NCBI GenBank assembly: GCA_964016885.1
Contig: OZ024741.1
Span: 262,012,001 to 262,076,000, forward strand
Source of the DNA: Eledone cirrhosa
Lineage: Eukaryota
DNA: 64,000 nucleotides
Reading direction: 5' to 3'
Shown piece after piece: positions 1-13,406 of this stretch. Each line of letters begins with the position of its first letter. Position 1 is the first letter of the stretch. Both the position numbers and the translations under genes were made by a program. The notes under the pieces were generated by a model. The model saw nothing but the letters and a program-made list of their open reading frames with translations. It did no database searches and was not told the origin of the DNA.

Positions 1-115
1 TTCACAATTTATGATTACACAATATTTTATATTCTCATCTGTAATAGAATTTTAATTAAATTAAATTTATAGGTTAACTAACATTTAAATTAAATTAATT
101 TCTAAAATAATGTTA

Positions 116-2557
116 TTAATTAGGTTTATAATATTTAAATGTTTTTTTTAGTTTATGATTACACGATATAATTAATTCCTGTCGTTTATTTAATAGGATA
201 TCCTTAGATTTCATTATTTCAAATAGTTCTTGGGAACATAATCTACATTCATTTCTATTATTTTGATAAGGGGTGGCTCTTTTGAGCACACTCCAGGTCA
301 AATCATATTCTATATTCTTATTTTTATAACTATTGATTTTTTCTGCTAGAGATGTTGTATTAGCCAGTGCGGCATTTTTAAAACTATGCTTGTGGGTATT
401 AAACCTTGTCTTAAAATTGTTAGAGGTAGCTCCTATATATGAGCAAATAGAATCTTTAGTTTTAACATTACATTTATAGACTATGTTGTTAACAAGACAA
501 TTCCCTTTTAATGGGCAGTTTGCTTTGTTTCTACAGTTACAACCTTTCGTTAATTCTGTATTTGAGGAGATATTATGGTTAATTTGATGTACTGGTGGTA
601 TACTTATGGTTTTCTTACATTTATATGCATTATAGGCACTTATATTTTGTTTTATGTTATTTGTTGTAGAGTATGAGAATTTAACTGTAGACCTATTTAA
701 GATCTGATGGTATTTGTGGTTTGGCGGGAAGTTTTTCTCTAGGATATAAAAAAAATTTTTAGCAATATTATCCTTAATTTGTAAATTAAATGGAGCATTA
801 TACCAGGTAACCCGTCTATTACGGTTTCTATGTTGTTTATTATTTTTATTATTTTTATAGGTTGTATCGTGATGTTTACTAGGAGGATTAATGTTAATGA
901 TCTCACCACAACTATTTTTAGTTATATTTGTAGATTTAGGTGTTTTATCCTTTTTATTAGGAGTTTTATTATTAATATTTATTAGAGTTGTATGATGAGT
1001 AGTTTTTTGAGAGTTACTATATTTTATATTAGAAGATTTGGTATTTTGGGGTATAGTGTGGGTGGCATTTAGGTGTGTACTTTTCATTTGGTGTTTGTTG
1101 GTAATATTAGGTTGTATGCTTTTAGTATTTTTAGTAGAAGGTATATATTCTAATCTATTTTTGTGGCCACTTCTATCTAGAGCTTCGTTATAGAAGGTCG
1201 CATTTTTATCAAATACATCTTGGTTAGAAGAAAGGTTAGAAATTCTAAGTGATATATTATATGCAAGGTTTTTAAGGATAGATTTAGGGTGATTAGATTG
1301 TGAGTGTATGTAATGTAAGTTTTGGTTTGGTTTATGGTAAGGTTGGTAGATACCCGTAGCTAAATCTAAAGTTATATCTAGGAAATTTACTACTTTACTT
1401 GTTTTTTCAAAAGTAATATGAAGATTATAATAGTCTTTAAGGAAAGTTCTAATATGTTTTTTGTTTTTTTCAATTTCTGAAAGGCTAAGGTTGTTAGAAA
1501 GAAGAAGACAGTCATCACGATATAAACCACCTTTGAGGTGGGGAAAGGAGGCATTTATGTTGAAAAGGAGAAAGAGGCCCACAAGATCAGTAATTTGGGC
1601 GGAATCGCTTGAACCCATAGTAATATCAAATAGATTACTATATGTGTTTCTGGTCCAGTATTCATTCTGAAATTCAATAAGTGTTAGTCTAGCATGTGTA
1701 ATAATATTAATGTCATCCAAAGTTAAGTTAGATCTATTTTTAGCAAATATCAATGCTTTGTTCAGGAGTATAGGTGATATAGAAGAGTAGTAATTATCTA
1801 TATGAAATTGTAGAAATGAAGCAGAAGATTTACATCTAATATTTTTAAACCAGTTAATTACCTGGGAGGTGTTTTCCCAGAGTGGTAAAATAACGTGTTT
1901 TCTTATTTGTGGGATGACTCTATCCAGAATTTTTTTGCTAATTATTCCAATATCTGATTTGGAGGGACATATAAGTCTAATAGAAGGATTTGAGTTAAAG
2001 TTTGATTTATGATCCTTCAGGTTGAAGTGTGGTCTTTTCAATGCCAAAGGTTCAGTTCTATCTTCAATGTTTAGTTTTTTTACTATGTTGTGTGTTTTGT
2101 TGTTGATGTTGGTGAGTGACGCATTATTAGATTTTTTATAATTTTTTCTGAGTTCTTTATATATGAACTCATTATAATGTTCAATATCCATATGATACAA
2201 GTTACCAGTTTTGTCCGAGTGGACATGGATTTTTTTAGACTTTTTTAGGTCCAATAGGGTAGAATCAAGGTCCTTTTGAAAGACGGATTTATACTTTTTA
2301 AATTTGAGGTGTTTAATTAAATTAAAAAGGTCTTTCTCGAAGTCTTCAAGTAAAAAGTTGTGTGGTGGATTCTTGTAAGTATTGAAATCATACATATATT
2401 TCCGATCTGCTTGTTTAGATTTTTTATCGAAGTGGTAGGCTCTCCATCTAACCCTTCTGATAAAATTATTAGTTTTTTGAATCATAAGGAGTAAGAAGTC
2501 ATCCTTAGAAGGTATTGGTATGTTTTTTAAAGAGGTTCCCAAATATTGTTTTTCCAT
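116..2557 (-). CDS. Penelope-like element (Naiad-like) RT + GIY-YIG endonuclease, copy 1 (813 aa from first ATG)
   Basis: Uninterrupted ORF. N-terminal SLKNIPIP..FIRRVRWRAYHF, DKT motif, RT motifs (FHIDNYYSSI, ITMGSSDSAQ, GLYRDD, FLDITL), WYNAPF, CNCxxxxxCPLxGxC linker, VY..YIGAT..FKTRF..H, CRLC..E, LLNKR. The track start at 2578 is a TTG; the first ATG is 7 codons later. Confidence 0.93.
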   Translation of the reverse strand: MEKQYLGTSLKNIPIPSKDDFLLLMIQKTNNFIRRVRWRAYHFDKKSKQADRKYMYDFNTYKNPPHNFLLEDFEKDLFNLIKHLKFKKYKSVFQKDLDSTLLDLKKSKKIHVHSDKTGNLYHMDIEHYNEFIYKELRKNYKKSNNASLTNINNKTHNIVKKLNIEDRTEPLALKRPHFNLKDHKSNFNSNPSIRLICPSKSDIGIISKKILDRVIPQIRKHVILPLWENTSQVINWFKNIRCKSSASFLQFHIDNYYSSISPILLNKALIFAKNRSNLTLDDINIITHARLTLIEFQNEYWTRNTYSNLFDITMGSSDSAQITDLVGLFLLFNINASFPHLKGGLYRDDCLLLSNNLSLSEIEKNKKHIRTFLKDYYNLHITFEKTSKVVNFLDITLDLATGIYQPYHKPNQNLHYIHSQSNHPKSILKNLAYNISLRISNLSSNQDVFDKNATFYNEALDRSGHKNRLEYIPSTKNTKSIQPNITNKHQMKSTHLNATHTIPQNTKSSNIKYSNSQKTTHHTTLININNKTPNKKDKTPKSTNITKNSCGEIININPPSKHHDTTYKNNKNNKQHRNRNRRVTWYNAPFNLQIKDNIAKNFFYILEKNFPPNHKYHQILNRSTVKFSYSTTNNIKQNISAYNAYKCKKTISIPPVHQINHNISSNTELTKGCNCRNKANCPLKGNCLVNNIVYKCNVKTKDSICSYIGATSNNFKTRFNTHKHSFKNAALANTTSLAEKINSYKNKNIEYDLTWSVLKRATPYQNNRNECRLCSQELFEIMKSKDILLNKRQELIISCNHKLKKTFKYYKPN

Positions 2558-2907
2558 TGTGATATGGATGATGGACAATTGAAAGAGCTCAACTAAATGT
2601 ATATGGGTTTATAAAATCATACATATATATGTATATACACAAATATAAAATTAATACACACATACAGTACAAAAATACGAATATTTCCGTGAAAATAGGA
2701 GCAAAATTATGTAGATAAATCTACCAAGAGTTTACGGTAGTGTCCAATCCGTATGAAGAACTCAATGTATTCCGGATATCATGGAAAGAAGAGATGTAAT
2801 GAAAAATCACTTTCGGTGAAAGATAAACGGTATACAGAGTCAAGATAAAATATTAAACAAATAATGAATAAAACAATGAAACAGTTCCTTATATTAAACA
2901 AAAAAAG

Positions 2908-3061
2908 TTCATTATTTAACGATCGTTTCTAGGATATATATGTGTTAGAATTGGTATGCATATTCAACAGATCTATGTACAAAATTATACAGAATTATAC
3001 AAACTATCAAGATTAAATATACATACCAACACATATATACGCCGTCTTCAGAAATAATGAA
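2908..3061 (-). ncRNA. Type I hammerhead ribozyme with long stem II (PLE copy 1)
   Basis: Reverse complement of 15842-15995. Confidence 0.8.
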
Positions 3062-3659
3062 ATATATTTATTGATAATAACAACAATTCAAAATTTCAGG
3101 TCCGTTTGGGAACAAAATTGACCAATGAAAATACAAAAGGTTTTATGCCGTTCGGTGTGTGTATATACATGTAACTACCCTTACACATATTTTACAAAAA
3201 TGTATGCTCAACATGTATACGCATACCAAAAGGATGGATGCAAATACAAAATTTCAAGGTTAATGTCTCTGTAAGTTTATAATGCACAGATAAGATGCGT
3301 ATAGACACATAAATATGAAATAAGTGTATACACATATTCTCATACTCACACATATCCGTACAATCACACACACGCGCGCGTATATGCATAAACATACACA
3401 TAATTACGAACATACAAACACACACACACCCCCACTCACATATATATATATGTGGATATCATAAGCACATGGATATTAATTCACTCACATAAACACTGCC
3501 ACACACATTTAGATCAAGATACAGAAATTAGGTGGGAGGGGGGAGAGGTCAGTATTCAACGGTTTGGGCAGACTGCTTATTATAGATGTATCTATAAACT
3601 AAGAAAATAAAAAATAAAAATTAAAAGGAAAGAAAAGAAAAAGAAAAGAAAAAAGAAAT

Positions 3660-3670
3660 ATATCAAGAAA

Positions 3671-3701
<31 letters not shown>

Positions 3702-3706
3702 CATAC

Positions 3707-3739
<33 letters not shown>

Positions 3740-3845
3740 AACACACACATACATATACACACATCCACACTTAGAACATACATACACACACATATATAAA
3801 CATATACATATACTCACATACACACATATACACACATACATATAA

Positions 3846-3896
<51 letters not shown>

Positions 3897-4438
3897 TACA
3901 CATATAATCACACATACTATATAGACACACATATATATACACACATACACGCACATATACATACACATACATACTTATATACATACAGATATACACATAC
4001 ATACCTATATATACACACAAATACATACAGACATACATACATACATACACACAAATACTTACGCATCCATATATCGGTATATACATACAAACACCACTAC
4101 ACTCTCACACAACTCAGACATACAAAGAAAAAGGTATATACCTATACACATATACATATACAAATAGAGATACATATACATATATATATATACATATATA
4201 TACACATACATATATACATATACATATATATATATATATATACATACACATATACACACACATACATACATACACATACATACATGTACACACACATACA
4301 TATACATACATACACACATACACACATACATATATAGTCATACACACACATACACCTACACGAACATACACATACACATATATAAAGATATATATACACA
4401 CACACACATACACACACACACATATATATAAAAAATAA

Positions 4439-4493
<55 letters not shown>

Positions 4494-4826
4494 CATATAC
4501 ATACACACATACATAAACATATATGTACATACATAGACATACATACATACATATACACATATATATACATATATATATACACACATAGACACATACATAC
4601 ATACATACACAACATACATACACACACATATATACTCATACATAGAATTAGATATATATTCATACATACATACGCACTTACATATACTCATATATACAAA
4701 TACATACGCATCCATATATGCGTATATACATACAAACACCACTACACCCTCACACAACTCAGACATACAAAGAAAAAGGCATATACATATACATATATAC
4801 ACACATTAATAGAGATATATATACAC

Positions 4827-4857
<31 letters not shown>

Positions 4858-5066
4858 CATTTATATATATACACCCACACACACATACAACCATAAACAC
4901 ACATACAAATACACACATACACATATATATACACATACATATATATACACACACACAAAAAACAGACATACACATATATATTTTTTTACACACATATATA
5001 CACATATATATACATATACACACCCTCACATATACACACATACACATAAGTTATATTATAATAATA

Positions 5067-5109
<43 letters not shown>

Positions 5110-5348
5110 CGAATATAGACATATATACACACATAGATATACATATATATATACATATACACACACACACACACACACTCACATATATATGTGCGCATAC
5201 GTACATATATACACATACACACATATACTCGTAAACACATACATGTGCATACATGCACATACACACATATACCCACATAGATACGAAGATAGACATATAA
5301 ATAGAGAGACATACATATATATACACACACATATATACATACATACAT

Positions 5349-5393
<45 letters not shown>

Positions 5394-5600
5394 CATACAC
5401 ACATACACGCCCACGCGCATATACACATATACATATATATATACATACACACATACACATACACATATATATACATATGCATATATACACATATATATAT
5501 ACATACACACATATATATACACACAATCTTACATTCTTATTTGCATGCGCATATATGTATTTTTATATTCAGATATAAATACCCAAACATATATACACCT
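3660..5600. repeat. Mosaic (TA)n/(CA)n/(CATA)n microsatellite inside the PLE unit
   Basis: The same mosaic recurs at ~10320-12240 and, inverted, at ~19990-21860 and 14669-15230. Confidence 0.95.
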
Positions 5601-6233
5601 ACCTACATATATATTCTTTCATACATACACGCTTACAAACACAGATGATAATAGTATGGGGGAAAGGGGGGGGGGGGGGTTGGAGAAGGGGATTATAGTA
5701 AATATATGTTTCAAGAAACATAGAATATTATCTGTATCTGGATCCAATGTATGTTTTTACATAGTTTCAGTGTTAGGAAATACAAGAAATAAGGCAAAAT
5801 TTATGCATTTCAAAATAAATAAGTATACCATTAATTATATGTTAACTAAACTAAAGATAGTTAACATATTGATTTCTAAGGTGTAAATTAGTTAGGTTTA
5901 TAATATTTGAAGCAGAATTTTGAAGTTAAATAGTAGTAGAGTATTAATTATAGTATAACTAAATTAAAGTTAATAACGTTATGGTATCAATATTAGGAAA
6001 TGAATTTAGTAATAGGGAAAAAAACAAATAAAGTATTACATCGGTAGTAGAATATAAATTATAGGTTAACTAAATTAAAAATTATATATTAATTTCTATA
6101 GTATATGTTAATTAGGTATATAATAAATAAAACAGATATTGTATTTTATCAATAGCAGAATATAATTATATGCAAATAGAAATCAAAATTAATACATATA
6201 CATATACATATACATACACATACATATATATAC

Positions 6234-6282
<49 letters not shown>

Positions 6283-6769
6283 TACACATACATATACATA
6301 CATACATATACATATTTTTTCAAAAATTGCAAAGAATATATTAACTAGGTATACATCCAAAACACATCCCATTCTATGATTACATGACATTCTGCAATCC
6401 GTCTGTATAAGGATACTAATTTTAAGCCAATTAAATTAAATTTTAGGTTGACTAAATTTAAAACCAAATTATAAATATATTTCTAAAATGTATATTAATT
6501 AGGTCTATAATACTAAAAATTATTTCTCTGTCATTGGATACACGATATTTTGTTATATTTTATCTGTAAAGGAATTTTAATAAAAGGTTTAAATAAATTA
6601 AAATTAATCTATAAATTAAATTACTAAGTATATATTAGTAATATTTAAAGGTTTTTCACAATTTATGATTACACAATATTTTATATTCTCATCTGTAATA
6701 GAATTTTAATTAAATTAAATTTATAGGTTAACTAACATTTAAATTAAATTAATTTCTAAAATAATGTTA

Positions 6770-9211
6770 TTAATTAGGTTTATAATATTTAAATGTTTTT
6801 TTTAGTTTATGATTACACGATATAATTAATTCCTGTCGTTTATTTAATAGGATATCCTTAGATTTCATTATTTCAAATAGTTCTTGGGAACATAATCTAC
6901 ATTCATTTCTATTATTTTGATAAGGGGTGGCTCTTTTGAGCACACTCCAGGTCAAATCATATTCTATATTCTTATTTTTATAACTATTGATTTTTTCTGC
7001 TAGAGATGTTGTATTAGCCAGTGCGGCATTTTTAAAACTATGCTTGTGGGTATTAAACCTTGTCTTAAAATTGTTAGAGGTAGCTCCTATATATGAGCAA
7101 ATAGAATCTTTAGTTTTAACATTACATTTATAGACTATGTTGTTAACAAGACAATTCCCTTTTAATGGGCAGTTTGCTTTGTTTCTACAGTTACAACCTT
7201 TCGTTAATTCTGTATTTGAGGAGATATTATGGTTAATTTGATGTACTGGTGGTATACTTATGGTTTTCTTACATTTATATGCATTATAGGCACTTATATT
7301 TTGTTTTATGTTATTTGTTGTAGAGTATGAGAATTTAACTGTAGACCTATTTAAGATCTGATGGTATTTGTGGTTTGGCGGGAAGTTTTTCTCTAGGATA
7401 TAAAAAAATTTTTTAGCAATATTATCCTTAATTTGTAAATTAAATGGAGCATTATACCAGGTAACCCGTCTATTACGGTTTCTATGTTGTTTATTATTTT
7501 TATTATTTTTATAGGTTGTATCGTGATGTTTACTAGGAGGATTAATGTTAATGATCTCACCACAACTATTTTTAGTTATATTTGTAGATTTAGGTGTTTT
7601 ATCCTTTTTATTAGGAGTTTTATTATTAATATTTATTAGAGTTGTATGATGAGTAGTTTTTTGAGAGTTACTATATTTTATATTAGAAGATTTGGTATTT
7701 TGGGGTATAGTGTGGGTGGCATTTAGGTGTGTACTTTTCATTTGGTGTTTGTTGGTAATATTAGGTTGTATGCTTTTAGTATTTTTAGTAGAAGGTATAT
7801 ATTCTAATCTATTTTTGTGGCCACTTCTATCTAGAGCTTCGTTATAGAAGGTCGCATTTTTATCAAATACATCTTGGTTAGAAGAAAGGTTAGAAATTCT
7901 AAGTGATATATTATATGCAAGGTTTTTAAGGATAGATTTAGGGTGATTAGATTGTGAGTGTATGTAATGTAAGTTTTGGTTTGGTTTATGGTAAGGTTGG
8001 TAGATACCCGTAGCTAAATCTAAAGTTATATCTAGGAAATTTACTACTTTACTTGTTTTTTCAAAAGTAATATGAAGATTATAATAGTCTTTAAGGAAAG
8101 TTCTAATATGTTTTTTGTTTTTTTCAATTTCTGAAAGGCTAAGGTTGTTAGAAAGAAGAAGACAGTCATCACGATATAAACCACCTTTGAGGTGGGGAAA
8201 GGAGGCATTTATGTTGAAAAGGAGAAAGAGGCCCACAAGATCAGTAATTTGGGCGGAATCGCTTGAACCCATAGTAATATCAAATAGATTACTATATGTG
8301 TTTCTGGTCCAGTATTCATTCTGAAATTCAATAAGTGTTAGTCTAGCATGTGTAATAATATTAATGTCATCCAAAGTTAAGTTAGATCTATTTTTAGCAA
8401 ATATCAATGCTTTGTTCAGGAGTATAGGTGATATAGAAGAGTAGTAATTATCTATATGAAATTGTAGAAATGAAGCAGAAGATTTACATCTAATATTTTT
8501 AAACCAGTTAATTACCTGGGAGGTGTTTTCCCAGAGTGGTAAAATAACGTGTTTTCTTATTTGTGGGATGACTCTATCCAGAATTTTTTTGCTAATTATT
8601 CCAATATCTGATTTGGAGGGACATATAAGTCTAATAGAAGGATTTGAGTTAAAGTTTGATTTATGATCCTTCAGGTTGAAGTGTGGTCTTTTCAATGCCA
8701 AAGGTTCAGTTCTATCTTCAATGTTTAGTTTTTTTACTATGTTGTGTGTTTTGTTGTTGATGTTGGTGAGTGACGCATTATTAGATTTTTTATAATTTTT
8801 TCTGAGTTCTTTATATATGAACTCATTATAATGTTCAATATCCATATGATACAAGTTACCAGTTTTGTCCGAGTGGACATGGATTTTTTTAGACTTTTTT
8901 AGGTCCAATAGGGTAGAATCAAGGTCCTTTTGAAAGACGGATTTATACTTTTTAAATTTGAGGTGTTTAATTAAATTAAAAAGGTCTTTCTCGAAGTCTT
9001 CAAGTAAAAAGTTGTGTGGTGGATTCTTGTAAGTATTGAAATCATACATATATTTCCGATCTGCTTGTTTAGATTTTTTATCGAAGTGGTAGGCTCTCCA
9101 TCTAACCCTTCTGATAAAATTATTAGTTTTTTGAATCATAAGGAGTAAGAAGTCATCCTTAGAAGGTATTGGTATGTTTTTTAAAGAGGTTCCCAAATAT
9201 TGTTTTTCCAT
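6770..9211 (-). CDS. Penelope-like element RT + GIY-YIG endonuclease, copy 2
   Basis: Translation matches copy 1 except one N/K change (IAKNFF vs IAKKFF); offset 6654 bp. Confidence 0.93.
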   Translation of the reverse strand: MEKQYLGTSLKNIPIPSKDDFLLLMIQKTNNFIRRVRWRAYHFDKKSKQADRKYMYDFNTYKNPPHNFLLEDFEKDLFNLIKHLKFKKYKSVFQKDLDSTLLDLKKSKKIHVHSDKTGNLYHMDIEHYNEFIYKELRKNYKKSNNASLTNINNKTHNIVKKLNIEDRTEPLALKRPHFNLKDHKSNFNSNPSIRLICPSKSDIGIISKKILDRVIPQIRKHVILPLWENTSQVINWFKNIRCKSSASFLQFHIDNYYSSISPILLNKALIFAKNRSNLTLDDINIITHARLTLIEFQNEYWTRNTYSNLFDITMGSSDSAQITDLVGLFLLFNINASFPHLKGGLYRDDCLLLSNNLSLSEIEKNKKHIRTFLKDYYNLHITFEKTSKVVNFLDITLDLATGIYQPYHKPNQNLHYIHSQSNHPKSILKNLAYNISLRISNLSSNQDVFDKNATFYNEALDRSGHKNRLEYIPSTKNTKSIQPNITNKHQMKSTHLNATHTIPQNTKSSNIKYSNSQKTTHHTTLININNKTPNKKDKTPKSTNITKNSCGEIININPPSKHHDTTYKNNKNNKQHRNRNRRVTWYNAPFNLQIKDNIAKKFFYILEKNFPPNHKYHQILNRSTVKFSYSTTNNIKQNISAYNAYKCKKTISIPPVHQINHNISSNTELTKGCNCRNKANCPLKGNCLVNNIVYKCNVKTKDSICSYIGATSNNFKTRFNTHKHSFKNAALANTTSLAEKINSYKNKNIEYDLTWSVLKRATPYQNNRNECRLCSQELFEIMKSKDILLNKRQELIISCNHKLKKTFKYYKPN

Positions 9212-9561
9212 TGTGATATGGATGATGGACAATTGAAAGAGCTCAACTAAATGTATATGGGTTTATAAAATCATACATATATATGTATATACACAAATAT
9301 AAAATTAATACACACATACAGTACAAAAATACGAATATTTCCGTGAAAATAGGAGCAAAATTATGTAGATAAATCTACCAAGAGTTTACGGTAGTGTCCA
9401 ATCCGTATGAAGAACTCAATGTATTCCGGATATCATGGAAAGAAGAGATGTAATGAAAAATCACTTTCGGTGAAAGATAAACGGTATACAGAGTCAAGAT
9501 AAAATATTAAACAAATAATGAATAAAACAATGAAACAGTTCCTTATATTAAACAAAAAAAG

Positions 9562-9715
9562 TTCATTATTTAACGATCGTTTCTAGGATATATATGTGTT
9601 AGAATTGGTATGCATATTCAACAGATCTATGTACAAAATTATACAGAATTATACAAACTATCAAGATTAAATATACATACCAACACATATATACGCCGTC
9701 TTCAGAAATAATGAA
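9562..9715 (-). ncRNA. Type I hammerhead ribozyme with long stem II (PLE copy 2)
   Basis: Reverse complement of 15842-15995. Confidence 0.8.
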
Positions 9716-10319
9716 ATATATTTATTGATAATAACAACAATTCAAAATTTCAGGTCCGTTTGGGAACAAAATTGACCAATGAAAATACAAAAGGTTTTAT
9801 GCCGTTCGGTGTGTGTATATACATGTAACTACCCTTACACATATTTTACAAAAATGTATGCTCAACATGTATACGCATACCAAAAGGATGGATGCAAATA
9901 CAAAATTTCAAGGTTAATGTCTCTGTAAGATTATAATGCACAGATAAGATGCGTATAGACACATAAATATGAAATAAGTGTATACACATATTCTCATACT
10001 CACACATATCCGTACAATCACACACACGCGCGCGTATATGCATAAACATACACATAATTACGAACATACAAACACACACACACCCCCACTCACATATATA
10101 TATATGTGGATATCATAAGCACATGGATATTAATTCACTCACATAAACACTGCCACACACATTTAGATCAAGATACAGAAATTAGGTGGGAGGGGGGAGA
10201 GGTCAGTATTCAACGGTTTGGGCAGACTGCTTATTATAGATGTATCTATAAACTAAGTAAATAAAAAATAAAAATTAAAAGGAAAGAAAAGAAAAAGAAA
10301 AGAAAAAAGAAATATATCA

Positions 10320-10324
10320 AGAAA

Positions 10325-10355
<31 letters not shown>

Positions 10356-10360
10356 CATAC

Positions 10361-10393
<33 letters not shown>

Positions 10394-10493
10394 AACACAC
10401 ACATACATATACACACATCCACACTTAGAACATACATACACACACATATATAAACATATACATATACATACATACACACATATACACACATAC

Positions 10494-10544
<51 letters not shown>

Positions 10545-11086
10545 TACACATATAATCACACATACTATATAGACACACATATATATACACACATACACGC
10601 ACATATACATACACATACATACTTATATACATACAGATATACACATACATACCTATATATACACACAAATACATACAGACATACATACATACATACACAC
10701 AAATACTTACGCATCCATATATCGGTATATACATACAAACACCACTACACTCTCACACAACTCAGACATACAAAGAAAAAGGTATATACCTATACACATA
10801 TACATATACAAATAGAGATACATATACATATATATATATACATATATATACACATACATATATACATATACATATATATATATATATATACATACACATA
10901 TACACACACATACATACATACACATACATACATGTACACACACATACATATACATACATACACACATACACACATACATATATAGTCATACACACACATA
11001 CACCTACACGAACATACACATACACATATATAAAGATATATATACACACACACACATACACACACACACATATATATAAAAAATAA

Positions 11087-11125
<39 letters not shown>

Positions 11126-11696
11126 CATATACATACACACATACATAAACATATATGTACATACATAGACATACATACATACATATACACATATATATAC
11201 ATATATATATACACACATAGACACATACATACATACATACACAACATACATACACACACATATATACTCATACATAGAATTAGATATATATTCATACATA
11301 CATACGCACTTACATATACTCATATATACAAATACATACGCATCCATATATGCGTATATACATACAAACACCACTACACCCTCACACAACTCAGACATAC
11401 AAAGAAAAAGGCATATACATATACATATATACACACATTAATAGAGATATATATACACATATATATATATATATATATATACACATACATTTATATATAT
11501 ACACCCACACACACATACAACCATAAACACACATACAAATACACACATACACATATATATACACATACATATATATACACACACACAAAAAACAGACATA
11601 CACATATATATTTTTTTACACACATATATACACATATATATACATATACACACCCTCACATATACACACATACACATAAGTTATATTATAATAATA

Positions 11697-11749
<53 letters not shown>

Positions 11750-11988
11750 CGAATATAGACATATATACACACATAGATATACATATATATATACATATAC
11801 ACACACACACACACACACTCACATATATATGTGCGCATACGTACATATATACACATACACACATATACTCGTAAACACATACATGTGCATACATGCACAT
11901 ACACACATATACCCACATAGATACGAAGATAGACATATAAATAGAGAGACATACATATATATACACACACATATATACATACATACAT

Positions 11989-12035
<47 letters not shown>

Positions 12036-12240
12036 CATACACACATACACGCCCACGCGCATATACACATATACATATATATATACATACACACATACAC
12101 ATACACATATATATACATATGCATATATACACATATATATATACATACACACATATATATACACACAATCTTACATTCTTATTTGCATGCGCATATATGT
12201 ATTTTTATATTCAGATATAAATACCCAAACATATATACAC
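10320..12240. repeat. Mosaic microsatellite inside the PLE unit
   Basis: Copy of 3660-5600. Confidence 0.95.
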
Positions 12241-12870
12241 CTACCTACATATATATTCTTTCATACATACACGCTTACAAACACAGATGATAATAGTATG
12301 GGGGAAAGGGGGGGGGGTGGAGAAGGGGATTATAGTAAATATATGTTTCAAGAAACATAGAATATTATCTGTATCTGGATCCAATGTATGTTTTTACATA
12401 GTTTCAGTGTTAGGAAATACAAGAAATAAGGCAAAATTTATGCATTTCAAAATAAATAAGTATACCATTAATTATATGTTAACTAAACTAAAGATAGTTA
12501 ACATATTGATTTCTAAGGTGTAAATTAGTTAGGTTTATAATATTTGAAGCAGAATTTTGAAGTTAAATAGTAGTAGAGTATTAATTATAGTATAACTAAA
12601 TTAAAGTTAATAACGTTATGGTATCAATATTAGGAAATGAATTTAGTAATAGGGAAAAAAACAAATAAAGTATTACATCGGTAGTAGAATATAAATTATA
12701 GGTTAACTAAATTAAAAATTATATATTAATTTCTATAGTATATGTTAATTAGGTATATAATAAATAAAACAGATATTGTATTTTATCAATAGCAGAATAT
12801 AATTATATGCAAATAGAAATCAAAATTAATACATATACATATACATATACATACACATACATATATATAC

Positions 12871-12919
<49 letters not shown>

Positions 12920-13406
12920 TACACATACATATACATACATACATATACATATTTTTTCAAAAATTGCAAAGAATATATTAACTAGGTATACATCCAAAAC
13001 ACATCCCATTCTATGATTACATGACATTCTGCAATCCGTCTGTATAAGGATACTAATTTTAAGCCAATTAAATTAAATTTTAGGTTGACTAAATTTAAAA
13101 CCAAATTATAAATATATTTCTAAAATGTATATTAATTAGGTCTATAATACTAAAAATTATTTCTCTGTCATTGGATACACGATATTTTGTTATATTTTAT
13201 CTGTAAAGGAATTTTAATAAAAGGTTTAAATAAATTAAAATTAATCTATAAATTAAATTACTAAGTATATATTAGTAATATTTAAAGGTTTTTCACAATT
13301 TATGATTACACAATATTTTATATTCTCATCTGTAATAGAATTTTAATTAAATTAAATTTATAGGTTAACTAACATTTAAATTAAATTAATTTCTAAAATA
13401 ATGTTA

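Noticed and set aside
1461-1670. 69-aa antisense ORF within RT (also 8115-8324, 17233-17442)
   Set aside because: Short, starts at TTG, and is repeated only because the element is repeated.
5658-5690. G-run cluster (possible G-quadruplex) in each PLE unit
   Set aside because: It is on the antisense strand of the element, varies in length between copies, and nothing indicates function.
3192-6390. Many C/V/Y/M/I- or H/T/Y/I-rich ORFs (also 9846-13027, 14810-15711, 19167-22342)
   Set aside because: Translations of TA/TG/CA microsatellites, which lack stop codons; no protein-like complexity.
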